Shown here: one piece after another, positions 1-14,460 of the stretch
Position numbering within the stretch: position 1 is the first letter of the stretch
How the letters are laid out: each line of letters opens with the position of its first letter
Origin: Ancylonema sp.
Taxonomy: Eukaryota
Assembly (NCBI GenBank): GCA_050230475.1
Contig: JBFLGF010000054.1
Coordinates: 1-64,000 of the forward strand
Direction of reading: 5' to 3'
DNA: 64,000 nt
Translations under genes and position numbers: made by a program
The notes under the pieces: generated by a model
What the model was told of the DNA's origin: nothing
Databases searched by the model: none
What the model saw: only the letters and a program-made list of their open reading frames with translations

Positions 1-399
1 TAGACGCAACTATTCGATATAAGTCTGGCCCTTTATTTGTTTCTTTTGTACACTTATAATGAAGTGAAAATTGTAACTATTCGTTACAATAACCTTTTTA
101 TTTTCTCTCTCTTGCTTCTTGTATTGAGGGTTTTAGTGATCGGTGATCAGTGATCGGTTTCCGCCTCCAATTTCAATGCGAGTTGTGGTTAGGGCCACGT
201 ACTCACGAGGCTTCTAGCCCCCGGCCATTTGAATAGCCTCACCGGGCCGTTTGGGTGGTCCGAGGCTTGTGTGACCACATGCGAGTCTTCATAGGGTAGG
301 ACTATCAATGTTGATGTTTTTCACTTAAAAAAATAAAAAATTATCCATAAAATCATCCGCAAGCAGCGGAATCCCAAAATATTACCAAGTGTCATCGAC

Positions 400-1670
400 A
401 TTGACTACCGGACTCCCCGATTGGTTTTACGATTCATTGATGAATTGGCTCATTTTGGACACACCGTAAATTTTAGCGTAGCACACTACGGTACGTTACG
501 ACGAGGTAACAAGAATGTTGTGGTCCTCATCGAACATGTCACTAAGTGGGTTGAAGTGTTGCCGCTTCCTGATAAATTGATGGTGGTACGGCTCGGGCAT
601 TGGTCGAGTATGTTCTCTCGAGTACAGGTGCAACTTCTCCTATGGTAGTCATTGATCACAGCTTAGAGTTTAGAGGTGAATTCCAAGATGTCCTCAATCA
701 CTTCAAGATTGACCATCGCCTGACCTCTCGCCAGCATCCCCAAGTTGATGAACTGTCCGAAAGTATGGTTCAAATTATCATATAGGGCCTACGTAAGACG
801 CAAGTGGAGCACGCAGCCACGGAGTAGGACCTTGTCTTGCCGTATGTTGCTATGGGGTACAAGATGTCACAGCAAAGGCGCAAGGATGCTCGCCCCACTA
901 CATTCTCTTCGGGCGTCACCCCAACTTCCCCTCCCGGATACAAGAGCAGGAGGGTCAACCAATGACTAGCATTGATGTACCTAAAGCCGTTCGTTTCTTC
1001 ATCGATGAGCGAGCCTAAGTCTTCAACACGTGTTGCCGGTCGCCATGCGCAACCTCGCCATCGCCTTGCACCGCGATAATACGCATTTTCGACGGGTGCG
1101 CTGCCCTTTGTAGGATAGGCCAAAGGCAAAGAAGTGTGCTAGTGAATTCGTGGTGGTGACGCGCAAGTCTCTCCATCCCTAGACGTCCCCACTAATCCCC
1201 ACATCCTTCAGTTGGTGCGGAAGAAGGCCAACAATGTGGTGGTGTTACAGCGACAAAATCGTCCTTGTATCGAAGAGCACGCCAAAATTATGGCCCCATA
1301 AAACCTTATTGTGATCGACAAGAATATCAGTGGCGACCCGGAGCGGTATTTCATTGGCGACAAAAAACACTACAAAACTTTCGGTAGTCGGGAGCGGAAA
1401 GTGTCGATGGTACTCTGCGGTCGTTGTCAACAAGGGTTCCATACTTGGTGTATTACGTTCCTCTGGTTGATATCCCGTTGGGATCTTGGGCTTGCCCTTA
1501 CCACTATATGGGGTCAAATAATGAGGTGTGAAGAGGGGATGGTTTATCGTCCACAGTCGCCACTCCGTTTTTTTGAGTTCGTTGGGGTTACTTGCAAAAA
1601 CAAAAAAGATGTTTCTCAGTAGTCGACATTGTAATGCATTTCATTACCACATTACCACAAGAGGGGGAGT
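400..1670 (+). mobile_element. Degenerate Ty3/Gypsy-type LTR retrotransposon 3' remnant: integrase core plus C-terminal PHD finger, with a putative polypurine tract
   Basis: Frameshifted integrase-like peptides NVVVLIEHVTKWVEVLPLPDK, EFRGEFQDVLNHFKIDHRLTSRQHPQVDELSESMVQ and (W)DLVLPYVAMGY...PHYILFGRHP. PHD-like MVLCGRCQQGFHTWC continues in another frame as IPLGSWACPYH. Purine run AAGAGGGGGAG near 1658-1668. Many stops and frameshifts. Confidence 0.8.
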
Positions 1671-2399
1671 TAATAATATTAATATTTCGCACTTATGGTG
1701 CTCAAGTGATTACTCGGAGTTCATTGTGAGTTCGTGGGGGTAGATCTATGAAGTGTTGTATACTTTGATTACTTTGTGGATTGTATGTTTCGTCTTCAAA
1801 CAATATATTCGATAAAACTTGTATTTTTGTACAATGCGTCTGTATTTGACATGATGCCGACACGTTTATTTGGGTCCGACATGAAATACTCTGCATTGTC
1901 GATTTCTTTCGCTTGGCTGGCTCGCAATGTTGTGCGGGGACGGAAGCACCCATGGAGGCCCACGTACGAAAGTGCGTTAACATGTCCGATGACTACAATG
2001 CAGCCCTACTAACTGAGTCAGGGAAAGAAGGCGGTGGTCTTAAGCGTCAGCCGACATTGGGAGAGTGTTCGAGCGGCATAAAAATCGTGTTATATTTGTT
2101 TTTGGTACATTATGGATTTTCTTTTGGTTTTTGCACATTACTCCAAGGCCAACGCCCGCCGTCACAAACTCTTCAAGACCGAAAATCTTTTCACAATGTG
2201 ATCAAACGTGTTCATCTCCTTGTGGACCTCTACAAGGTGCCCAGTTGATTATCTCGAGGGCAAGAATCCGTTTTACCGATGTTATGTTGAAATTTGAGAT
2301 GTACGATTTATGCTTCCGTGGGTGACAGAAACTAAACTATGATTCGATTGACTGTAATATGTAGCCACTTTCATACATTTGACGGGAATACGCGGACGC

Positions 2400-2760
2400 G
2401 AGCCGTTTATGGGAAAAAAAACGAGGAGGACCCGTAACGAGTGGAACTTGTAAGGTCTAGCGATACGGTTGTTTCGAATCGGCGTATCGGATAAAATGTG
2501 TCTACACTCGTGGTCCTTAATTATGAAAGTGCATCCACTTTGCAGGGAGACCATGACGCATCTACATCACATAAGGTATTATATGCCATCAAATAAGGTA
2601 TTAAATGCCATCAATTTTCTTGCACAAAATTTACTTGGGTACGCCACGTTCCCCTCCAAGTTGTGGAGACATAATGTAGGTATGTTATTATTCGTCCATA
2701 TTCCTCGTTGTATATGATAAAAATAGTACCAATTAGTGGAGAGATGTGGCAGTGGATTTT
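2400..2760 (-). mobile_element. Possible highly decayed retroelement RNase H-like fragment
   Basis: Minus-strand reading LEGNVAYPSKFCARKL...FIIKDHECRHIL loosely resembles Gypsy RNase H motifs (xASRKL ... F.I.TDH); interrupted by stops. Confidence 0.3.
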
Positions 2761-4743
2761 TTTATTGAGTGAATGACGTGCCTATTGAAGTCGGCTTGTA
2801 CTTCAACACTCTATTGGACACTTCTTGGAGAGGTGCCATCGCTACAACTTGTGGAGTTGAAGGATGTATTGTTTCCCTAGCACTTCTTTTTGCATCGTCT
2901 CTCCTAGGCTCATTACTTGGAGTAAGCTAGGCTTCTTGGGCTTATATCTGATCAAGTGGTTGTCGGGTCCGCCGCTCTCGCTAGGTTTGGTTGAACTACG
3001 GAGGTTTCGTATTGACTATTTAGATCGTGCTAGGGTTGAGCCCTTATTCACCGATGGCGAGTCGACACTCACTCACGTAAGTGACGTGAGCAACCCAAAG
3101 CTTGTGCGGAGCGCAAATGGTCAGGAAGACACCAGTAAGATTACTCGTGCAATGCATCAAGCGTAACGGTCGCAATCATGGTAGTTCACAACAAGTAGGT
3201 GCGACGGCACGATTCGTGAGTGCACCCACACGTCATCGAAAAAATAATTCACAACACATTTATTTGAGTGCGGCAAGACAAAATCAAAATTAACAATACT
3301 GAGTATCGCAATACGTGAGCAACAAGCAATGGAGTGTGGCAAAATTCTCAAAGGCAGTCGATTAAAGTGCGGCAACGCATTTGCCGCATTCACACGAGTT
3401 CATTCACGAAGTGAGAGGGACGCGGGTTGACGAAGACAACTCATATAGTTGACAACTCTTTTACAACTCGCTACAACTATGATAAGCTGGCTTGACAATT
3501 GGCATCTTCGCTTAACGTCGTTACATTAATCACTACGGCTAAGGTTCAGTCGGCGATATAAGAAAAGAAAATATCTCGGCGCTAGGCGCAAAACAACACG
3601 GCTAAAAGTGAAAATTATACTAACGACACGTCGGAGTAGATGACGGTGTGAAAGTTGGCTAGTATTTAATATAAGTAGTCGCTATTCGATTCGACATCAA
3701 TTCGAAAAAGCGGGGCCGCATATTGACATAGACACGTTATGATAGGTTATTGTTACCCGAGAGGGATTGTAAAAACAATCCACACACGCATGACATGAAT
3801 ACGCAATTGAACAAGCCATCAATCGTTATCGCCTTTTCTTGTCAATTTGATGCTTTACTTATTTTATACATTCAAGACACCACGAGCTTAATTCCTATGC
3901 CAACTGCCACATGTATAAAACACGATGTATTGGGGAAATAAAGACTTAACGCTTTTTGTACTAAAAATGATGCAGTACATCATGCATGAAATATATAGTG
4001 AATGCAGTCGCATTAGGGCTACTAAACAGGTGGTGAGTCACGCTTTGTGTATTCGTTTCAAACACATCGATCACTTGGAACGACAAGTTTTTAGGGGCAC
4101 CATTGTGTTCAAAGCTACCAAAATGTGCAGTAACATGTATACCTTTAGCAATTTAGCAATTAAGAGGTTACACCTGATTGAGGTTCTTAGGTGATTAAAC
4201 CCCAGAGATTCGGAACCTAAATTTCCATCCTTGCCTAGCCCTCCGAACGCGCGCCATAGGTTTATAGAGCGAAAAGCACGAAATTTTCCCAAGAAAACCC
4301 CCCCCTACGACGGCAAATAAGGTTCCCCCTCGGCATGGCTATAGAACGACGTACTCATAGCTAGTTGTAGGTAGCTAGTTTGAGGCAGTTGTATTGATTT
4401 AATTCTTTCATTATTTTTTCCTTCCATGACGACTTGCTCTTCATTGAAATTTGTAAAGTTTACACATTTTTTTTTTTTTTTTTTTTTAAATAATAAAATA
4501 AAAAAATAAAAAACATCAAAGGAGATTAAGGTCTTTGCATCATCTTTTACGTAGTGTTTTACAAGTTAATCACAACATAACTCTACAAAACTAAACTTCC
4601 TAAAGCAATCTTAGGATTTCTTAAATATACCTCGCAAAGTAACCATTGCCGGAAGTATACATTCATCAAGGAAAAAGTGATTAAAATTTAGATAACGAGA
4701 GAGGTACTCCGCCACGCGCAGGGCGGGCACAACAACTAGTAGC

Positions 4744-5768
4744 TAGTGATCGGGGAGCCAGATCCAAAACCCCGGGGCTCCGGATCCGGGCTCGCGAGCC
4801 CGACGGACTCCTAAAACGGGCTCGTAATAACGAGCCCGGGCGGACTCGCCGGGATCAACGGGCTCCTGGATCCCGACGAGCTCAAAACGGGCTCGCGGAC
4901 TCGACGGGCTCCATAGGAGAAAAAAACGGGCTCCAATTGTTTGGCCATCATCCAAAAAAGAAGAAGAAGAATAAGAAGAAGAAGAATAACAAAAAGAGGT
5001 GATGTCCCCAACTCGGTTCATATGTTTATAATAATATGTTGTGTGCGTGAAAACTGATTCGATTGTGCAGGTCCTTTGATGAATGCACGATGTATCATGT
5101 GCGACAGGTCCTACGTGGATAAGTTTTTGTATTGAACCGAATCATGCATTTCCGCACACACACACGAGCTCATCATCACACGTATATAGAAAAATTGTTT
5201 ACACATTCACCGCTAGTAACTTATACTTTATAACACAGATCCGCAAGATGCATACAACCACATTCGAGGTTATCACATTACCTAAACATGCCAACATATG
5301 AAGAAGACCTGTAGTACACTAACCATTGCAATTTTGTAACTCCCAACGTGTACTTCAAAGTCTATAAATCGAGACAGCATTTATCTCTACTTTTTATAAA
5401 TAGGTGAACCATCACTCGGAACGACTTCACGCATTTGATGGGAGGGGTCCTAAAGTTGACATGAATACTTCCTTGAGTGGCCACTTCTTCACTATGGTCT
5501 ATGGACTAGCCTCCAATGTTTTTTTTGGGGGTAGTATCACGGGCGTTCGAATACTTATGTCGTATCTGAATATACTACTACTAGAAAGTGAGTCAAAACG
5601 AACCCGTCGGAGCTCGTTTGAGCCCGTCCGAGCCGTGCCGCGAGCCCTCAGGAGCCCGTAGTCCGTTGAGCCCGAAAATTGAGAGCCCGTTGGCCTCCGA
5701 GCCCATTGGCGAACAAAATCAGGATCACGAGGTCGGATCCCGCGAGCTCGCGGGGTCCCCGATCATGG
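4744..5768. mobile_element. Non-autonomous hAT-like DNA transposon upstream of CCC1
   Basis: Imperfect terminal inverted repeat (TAGTGATCGGGGA vs reverse complement CCATGATCGGGGA). Clusters of (AAA)CGGGCTC at the left end and GAGCCCG at the right end resemble Ac-type subterminal motifs. AT-rich core; no target-site duplication (TSD) seen. Confidence 0.7.
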
Positions 5769-6147
5769 TGGGATAACCGTCCGTCTCGTACGGACGCCGC
5801 CAGATTTGAATTTGAGAATGCATGTCGCGGAGCAATTTCCTTCTCAGGGGACACTCGAGCGAACCGTATCTTCGGAACTTCACCATCTCATGCATGTTCT
5901 GCTTGCGTGCGAGGAAGTAGTACATCCCGTACACGTTGTTGTACGTCACGGATGTAGGATCCGAGGGCATTCAGTGTCTGTATTCAGTGACATACAGTGT
6001 GCTACTGTACTGCTGCCTCTGCAGACACATGAGTGGCTGCATGGTCTTCAATAGCACAACTGTCAAGTATGTCTTCAGATGTGCCGTAGAGATGCAGACG
6101 TAACATTCTTACGTCTGGTCGTGGAATAGGTGTTTTTTGCGCAATTT

Positions 6148-8024
6148 ATGGAAAACGGCATATACCGGCCTTACATTCCAAGTGGTGAAATGGCTGACGA
6201 ACAAGAGCATACGGTAGTGGACATGACCAACGTTGATCTTCGTCCGCAAGGATCGTCAGAAATTCAATATTCCCGGTAACCACCGCCTGGGGTAACTTGT
6301 TTTGATTCTACATTGGAGGCTTTGGGTGCTCAGAGAGCTTGGCTAGAGGGAAGTTGCAGCTAGAAGAGATATTGCAGCGATCACTCTTCTGCATCGATGT
6401 GGTAGTTTGTGAGGTGTGGGGTCGTAGCGGTTTGGGGTTGCCGATATGGAAAAGTAACAGGCATGTGGTTTCGTTGGGAGGTTCTCGGTTGCGGATGTGG
6501 AAAAAACATAACTTTCGGTAACCTTGGCTGTGCATGCTGCACAATATACATCACTAAAACACTCATGGGAGAAAGAACACAGCGAGGATGTGACTTGAGC
6601 AGCATCGGTCTGCCATTTGTCAGATTCCATATGTTTTCCAGCTTCGGATCGTGACATCTTGTATCTGTGAACTTAAGAAACATCGGCGGCTGAAGATCCA
6701 GGGAGCCTGTTTCTGACGGGGCAGGCCTGGAAATAATGCACCCTTGTCTGAACTGAGTGTAACTGAGCGATGAAGGTTTTGATGCAACGAATAGTTTCAG
6801 CTGTAGTATTTAGGGGCTTATCGAGACAGACCACGACCGTTGAAACCGGTCACTGGCAAGCCGGAATAAGAAGCCAGTGCGGTCAGATAGATTTCACCTG
6901 AAAGCGTGCGATGATTGGTGCGCCTGCCAAGCGAGCGCTCATGTGCGGTGATTGGTATTTGGTATTTGGTTTACAGGAGAGGACCAGAAGCATCTGGTGG
7001 AGGGGTAAATGTTGGCGATGGAGGGCAAGGGCAGTCCGGGGAGACTCCGGAGCGGGATTCCAAGCTGGAGTTGTTTGAAATGGATCCCCTTGTTGATGCG
7101 TTGGGTCTTAAAAGGTAAATGACAGCTGCCACTGTCTCAGGTTGGCACTTTTGGGTTATTAAGCACCAATGGGTGTAAGGACTTCTTTCCTGAGGTCATC
7201 CTGAACAAAGGATGACCTCCTTCGTTTCTCCTTGGAGAAAAAACATACTGGTAGGGAATAGCAGCAAGTTACGGTTGGATCGAAAGTTTATTGTCTGTCA
7301 TTTCGTAGAGTGATCCTGCATCTCGACCGGAAGCTGGTAGACTGACTGGAAAGTTCCAGAACCCTATGTCATCGTTCTCCCCCCTACTTGTGTCTGCGTG
7401 CATGTACAGCATGGCGGGCCAGTACAGTCCACGCACGGGAGACGAAATGCACGTGTCTACAGACGGCAACAGGGTCAGTGCCAGCTCTCACCCGCCAGCT
7501 GTCACTGCGGCCCTGGCAAGCAGTCCCCTGACTCTCACGACCATTTTCTGGCTTCTGGTCGCAGAACATGCGCGTGGCCAAACTGGGTACGCTGATGGGC
7601 GTGTTCATCCCCTGCGTCCAAAACATCATGGGGATCATTTTCTACATCCGCCTCTCCTGGTAACCCTCCCACCTCCCCCCCGCCACACCATCCCAGAAGC
7701 GAAACCCTGAAGCGGTACAGTGCGTGGTTCCTGGCAGGATCGTAGGCATTGCTGGTGTCGGGGGTGCCCTTGGCGTGGTCCTCCTCACCACCTCCTGCAC
7801 TTTTCTCACGGGACTCTCCCTCAGCGCCATCGCCACCAACGGTGCTATGAAGGGGGGAGGGCCCTACTATCTCATCGGCCGGGCTCTGGGTCCAGAAGTG
7901 GGCGTCAGTATAGGACTGTGCTTCTTCTTGGGGAACGCAGTGGCAGGGTCTTTGTAAGCATCCCCCTCCCTTTCCACCACCAATTTCTCTCTCTTATTCT
8001 GTCTCTCTCTCTCTCTCTCACTCC

Positions 8025-8069
<45 letters not shown>

Positions 8070-8158
8070 GCTCGCTCCCTCTCTCTCACTCTCTCTCTCT
8101 CTCTCCCTCTCTCCCTCTCTCCCTCTCTCCCTCTCTCCCTCTCTCTCTCCCTCTCTCC

Positions 8159-8201
<43 letters not shown>

Positions 8202-8210
8202 TCTCCCTCC

Positions 8211-8307
<97 letters not shown>

Positions 8308-11220
8308 TCCCTCTCCCTCTCCCTCTCCCTCTCCCTTTCGCCTTTCTGACTGTGCGTATCGTCTCTCTCTCTCCCAGATACATTCTTGGTGCCGTGGAAA
8401 CCGCCCTGGACGCATTGCCGGGTCTCAGCATTTTCGGCAACATGAACAACGAGATCCTCCTTGCCCCCACCGCCGCCCAGACCCCTTCCGCCCTCCCCTT
8501 CGACGTCGTGAAAACCACCAACCTTCACGACCTCCAGGTCCTGGGCATCATCCTGGCCATCCTCCTCTGCCTCGTGGTGATTGGGGGGGTGAAGTTTGTG
8601 GCCCGACTCGGACCCGCCTTCCTCCTCCCCTCCCTCGTCGCCATCATCCTCATATTCGTGGGCATGCTGGTCTCCCCCCGCTCCTCCTCGCCACCTGGCA
8701 TCACGGGGCTGAGCTGGCAGAACCTGAGGGACAACTGGGGGGGGGCGTACCAGCGCACCAACCACGCGGGGATCCCCATCGACCTGGACGCCCAATCCGT
8801 GTCCCCCGACTCCGGATACTTCTGGAGCTTCAGCGCGCTGTGCGGACTCTTCTTCCCCGCCGTCACCGGGATCATGGCGGGCTCAAACCGGTCCGCCGCC
8901 CTGAAAGACACCCAAAAGTCGATCCCCATCGGCACGCTCTCCGCCATCGTGTTCACCACCACCATCTACATCATCGCAATACTCATGTTCGGCGCAGTGG
9001 CCACCCGCCAGGAACTGCTCACCGACCGCCTGCTCACATCCACGGTTGCGTGGCCGGTGGCGGGTATTGTGGACGTGGGTATCCTCCTCTCCACCCTGGG
9101 GGCCGCCCTCCAGTCCCTCATGAGCGCCCCCCGTCTCCTGGCCGCTATCGCCAACGACGACATCCTTCCCATACTGAACGTGTTCAAGGTGGCGGAGGGC
9201 CGCGAGCCCCACCTTGCCACCTTCTGCACGCTGCTCATCTGCTGCGGCTGCGTGGTAATCGGCAACCTGGACTACATCACCCCCGTGATCACCATGTTCT
9301 TCCTGCTGTGCTACTGCGGGGTGAACCTGTCGTGCTTCCTGCTGGACCTGCTGGACGCACCTAGCTGGAGACCAAGGTGGAAGATGCACCACTGGGCACC
9401 CTCCCTCGTCGGATCCGCACTATGCATCAGTCAGTACACCAAACCCCAAAACCCCACCCCAACCCCCACCCCCACCCACACCCGCCACCTCCCAGGCCAC
9501 CCTGACCCTGCCTTCCCTAACCCCTGGTGTGTGTGTGTGTGTGTGTTTCCAGCCATCATGTTTTTGATATCTTGGTACTTCACCCTCATCTCCCTTGCCC
9601 TGGCCGTCCTCATCTACTACTACGTGGGCGAGAACGGCAAAGCGGGCGACTGGGGAGACGGTTTCAAGAGCGCCTACTTCCAGCTGGCGCTGCGCAGCCT
9701 GCGATCCCTGGGGGCCACCCAGGTGCACCCCAAGAACTGGTACCCCATCCCCCTCGTCTTCTGCAAACCCTGGGGCATACTGCCCAACGACGTGCCCTGC
9801 CACCCCAAGCTGGCGGACTTCGCCAACTGCATGAAAAAGAAGGGGAGGGGGATGTCCATCTTCGCATCCATCCTGGAGGGGGAGTTCCGCGACCGGGTGG
9901 GCGACGCGCGTCAGGCCTCCCACCTCCTTGCCTCGTACATCGACTACAAGCACTGCGAGGCGGTGGCGGAGGTCATCGTGGCGCCCGACGTGTGCACGGG
10001 GTTCAGGGCGCTGGTGCAGGCCATGGGACTGGGGACCCTTAAACCCAACATCGTGTGCATGCGGTACCCCGAGATCTGGCGCGAGGAGAGGCACAGGTAG
10101 ACAGCCACCAACGGAACCCCAACCCCCCACCCTCAACCCCAATCCCCAAACCCCCGACCCCCAAACCCCAACATGCAACCTAGTGTGAGGGGGAAAGGGG
10201 GGGGGTATCAAGACAGCTGCGAATTTACCAGTAACCAGCCCTGTCCCTGACCCTGTGTGCAGCTCCATCCCGGACACGTTTTGTCGCATCATCAACGACT
10301 GCAGTGTTGCCAACAAGGCGGCTGTGATTGTGAAGGGGCTTGACGAGTGGCCAGGGGAGTTCCAGAAACAGTTTGGCACCATCGACCTGTACTGGATCGT
10401 GAGGGACGGCGGCATCATGCTGCTGCTCAGCCAGCTGCTGCGCGCCAAGCAGTCGTTTGAGAGCTGCAAGATCCAGGTGTTCTGCATCGCGGAGGAGGAC
10501 ACGGAGGCGGAGGAGCTGAAGAAGGACGTGAGGAAGTTTCTGTACGACCTGAGGATGCAGGCGGACGTGATCGTGGTGACCATGAAGGCGTGGGAGGACG
10601 TGTGCTCGGACGCGGAGGGGGCGGAAGCGGAGCTGGCGAGGCAGGGGGCGATGGAAGCATTCTCAAAGGTGACTCAACGCAGACCCCTTTCGGTGAAACG
10701 AAAGAGTCTGTTATGTTGACCCCCCATAACGTGACACCTGGCTATAGTGACATCATTTATGCTGGAGTTTTTGAACTATACTTCGATGTCTCCACCCCCA
10801 TTATAGTGACACCCGGATAAAGTGACAAAAAGGTCCGGGAGTTTACCACGGAGTCACTGTAAAGGGGTTAGAATGTAGACTGACTTTTTCTAACCAACTG
10901 CCGTGGGTTTGGCGCAGGCAAGGAAACGTATCGCCACCCGTCTCCAAGAGAACCTTGACGAGGAAACGAGCTCCAGCTCCGTCCACCACTTGTTCAACGA
11001 GCAGAAGGTGAACAAGTTTTTGTACACCACGCTCAAGGTGAACTCCATCATGATGCGCTACTCGCGCATGGCGGCGGTCGTCCTCGTCAGCTTACCCCCT
11101 CCCCCCACCGACCACCCCTCGTATTGCTACATGGAGTATATGGACCTACTCGTGGACGGCATACCACGGTTGCTCATGGTCCGCGGTTATAGGCGAGACG
11201 TGGTCACGATTTTCTCGTAG
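6148..11220 (+). CDS. CCC1: Cation-chloride cotransporter (SLC12 family, plant CCC1), 9 exons, ~981 aa
   Basis: Exons 6148-6275, 6977-7114, 7410-7473, 7565-7659, 7738-7953, 8378-9429, 9553-10096, 10263-10668, 10918-11220; all GT-AG; 2946 nt in frame. Diagnostic motifs [111 protein letters not shown]. Confidence 0.97.
7985..8336. repeat. (CT)n/(CTCTCC)n microsatellite filling CCC1 intron 5
   Basis: Continuous CT/CC run between the donor at 7954 and the acceptor at 8377; explains the spurious SL/RE-repeat ORFs. Confidence 0.95.
10680..10877. mobile_element. Degenerate pogo/Tc1-mariner-like MITE in the last CCC1 intron
   Basis: ACCCCTTT(C)GGTGA near the left end matches the reverse complement of TCACTGTAAAGGGGT at the right end, which ends in TA. 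Internal ATAGTGACAC repeats are shared with the TA-CAGTAAACCCC end at 44695. Confidence 0.55.
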
Positions 11221-12847
11221 TGGTTGAGTTGTTCAAAGTCGATTATTCCTATGTCCAGCTTGCTTGTGCTACACTTGGGGTGATTTGATTCACCGATGTG
11301 GTTGTGGCTGGGAGTGCACATTGCATTCTGCATTGCATTGGTGCTGATGTAAGAGAGCGTGCTCCAATCAGCGCAAACGACCAATTTTGTATGTAGCTAA
11401 CGACATCAGATTCTGCATTTATATGTTGACTAGTATGGGAAAGAGTTTGGGACTAATTCCCTCTTGTGTATGTTGCTTTCGGTTGAACTTGGTGGATGTT
11501 TAATGGATGGGAAATTGTAAATCCCCGCACCCGTTGTTGCTCAATCCTGGATCAAAGATTTAGACATTGCCTTCACCACAATGTTTTTGGTGCCAAACAT
11601 CTTGATTCAAGGCAACTGTTGAGATTTTCCATGTTATCACCGGATTGTACACTAACCCAATCATAAAATATGAGAGGACTAACCGATGTTTGAGTGAGGG
11701 AGTGTGGTCCCGACCAGACTCGTAACGTAACTCGGCATGGTGCTTGCAACAACCGCATTAACATGTTCTACACATTGAGCATGTGTATTTGCACTTCATA
11801 TAGATTCATAGCGAGTGGATTTCACATTGGAATTCCGAGGGCGCTACACGAAGGCAACCGAATTCACATGTGGTTGTGAAACGCTTCAAAATCTCATCGT
11901 CGGATCGATATTTGCATAAGAAGTTTTGGTTAGCTCGTACATAGTTGGGTCTCCGACGATAGGTCCGGGAGTGGTCCGGCTTTGGTCTCGGACGGTAGTG
12001 ATCCGGGACTAGTCCGGAAGACCCCCGCTCGTCCGGGGCCAATAACTGTATGGGTTCTCATGACATGACACACACTAAGTTTTCTTGAATGGTACAAGAA
12101 ACTGGTAGATAGATTGTCTCCCTACGTATAAAATCTAGAAGATAATGCACATGAACAAGCGGATGCACATACTTGCACGGCGCATTTTAAAGTTCCGACT
12201 ATTGTGGAGTATTGTGAACTCCACTCGAGTTTTTTTAATTGGAAACCCCAACCCTCAAAAACTACTCCCTTTTCCCACTTTAGGCCTCCCTCACAGGTAA
12301 CCGCCCGCATGTACGCAGCCCGTGTACATCTACGGTTTTTCAATCGGTGATCGCTAATATTCTCACCTTCATGCATATACGTATAATTCCGTTAATATTT
12401 TCTCCTGGCGGTGCCCGCGGACGGCTCGTTTCGATGGCAAAAGACGAGCGTGAAAGCCTCGGGGTATATATAGGTTCTTTGGGGTTCCGGCTTATTGTAT
12501 TTTTCAAACTCCACAATTATCGAAATCAAAGTATAAAATGCGTCTATCGAATAAACGCAAGTAGTTAAAGTCGTATCAACTGATACGTTGAAGACTCACT
12601 AATGATTGCCAAGGTGCTTGGGCGGGGTATGGAATGTAATTCCATACCCCTGAAATGCCGTGATTGTGACTAACGTATACTTGTTGTCTTTAAAAAAAAG
12701 TGGGGTTGTAATCATAGCCGGTACGGGTATATGCTCTCCTTATAGAAGAAAAGAGAAAAATATATTGTGAAACGTGTAGAGTCTATCTAAACGTTTCAGA
12801 GGGTGGCGTCTAACTTCGCCACTTTCCCACTTTCTTTTGATTTTTGA

Positions 12848-14460
12848 CATAGTTGGCCCCAGTGTCCCCCGGGACACGTCCGAGGCACGTCCCGGACCCG
12901 GAGACTCCCGCCCCAAAAAAAGAGAGGTAAAACGACAAATATAACCATAGTTGGTCTTTTGCCTTGCGCGACATTTGCGCACGCGTTCCGCATCGGTGCA
13001 CTCGCGCGTTGGTGCGGCACGCGTGGGCATATATCGCGCTTGGTGCGGGGTCCCTAGCAAAAAAAAAAAAAAAAAAAGAGGCCTTTCCCTTAGGGGTTTA
13101 GGAACTTCCTACACCCTGAGGGGGCGGGATGTTTCCAAAATCGGGAGATATAGTTGGTGTACAGCTCACATAACGTAGACGCAATATGTTACTGTACAGT
13201 GCTTAAAAGGTTCCACTGTACAACATACTATACTAACTACCTGGGTTGCACAATACGCACAATACGCTGATTTTTCATACGCTAAATACGCGTATTGTGC
13301 TCCCAGCGTATTAATACGCCGAAATACGCTTAAAAATACGCTAAATTTTGAACGTGTGTTAATTTTCGATATGAAATTGCATGTATGGCTGATTTTTCGG
13401 AGGCAAACAACATAGCGAGGTCCACGTCGTTTGAAAGTGAAATAGCGAAAGTGAAATTTATTCGATACTACATCGCACATTAAAAAATCATCTACATTCT
13501 CTCTAGTAAACCTCATCCGACCGTCCAAGTTCAAGTTAGGAGTAAGAGTAGTAAAACTATGAGTAGAAGTAAAAGTAGGACTCATTGAATTGTTATTGTG
13601 AATCAGTTTTTCTCGGATTTAAGTATTGCATTCGATAAATCCCCTTTTCCACGCCCGTAATTCGAATTCTGAAACTGTCAATGTGCGGTACGAGTGTGCA
13701 AATGTCACGCACAATTCTCGGCCAACTATGAGTGAAACGCCTTTCCCCCCCCCCCCCCCCCCCCCTTGCTGGCCTCGGACGTGTCCGGGAAATCTCCGGA
13801 CACGCCCAGGACGCGCGCGACCCGGACACGTCCAGAATACGTCCCGGACAAGCGCGTCTGGGACCCAAAGTTGCTTTATGCTTTGGATGTTGCCCGCTGA
13901 AGGGGGGAGGCGGGGCGAAACCGGGCGATGCCCGTGAGTAGGTAATCCCGCGAGCGGAGCAAAATGGAGTTGCCCGCGGGCTAGTCAAATACCGTACCTG
14001 CCAAATTTAATGATCCGGAAATTAACTTTTTTTTTCGGTTGGGTCTTAAGTCCGGGTCATAAATATTAATTCCAAGGTCGCTTCTCGGGCCTTACGTCCC
14101 CTAAACCCCGGTCTTTTTAGGAGGCCTGGGTCTTTATCTCGAAGTATTTTGAGATCATCTGTAGTTCAAAACAATTTAAGACTACCGGATACACATGTCA
14201 CCCCTCCATGAAAAAAGGCAGGGCATCATAAGAAAACAACATCCCGTTTCAAAAAATCATTTTAGTTCAACACACCAATCACAATTGAACATATCCGCTT
14301 GCGTACATAACTTGTTCATGTATTTAGCTGGGTTGCACAATACGCAATACGCTATCAATACGCTGGGGTCACAATACGCCGTATTTCGCGTATTGAAAAT
14401 TTTCGCGTTTTGAAAATACGCGTATTGTCATTAAATGCGTTTTTTCAACTATTTTAGACC
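12848..14460. mobile_element. Composite of nested hAT-like MITE fragments
   Basis: CATAGTTGGCC (12848) with inverted GGCCAACTATG (13720-13730); GGACACGTCC-type subterminal repeats; two direct copies of CTGGGTTGCACAATACGC followed by AATACGC repeats (about 13241 and 14328). Confidence 0.6.

Noticed and set aside
7720..8795. Long SL-repeat and RE-repeat ORFs
   Set aside because: Translations of the intronic (CT)n microsatellite and the antisense strand of CCC1.
8525..10666. Multiple overlapping and antisense ORFs up to 387 aa
   Set aside because: Shadow ORFs of GC-rich CCC1 exons; no independent motifs.
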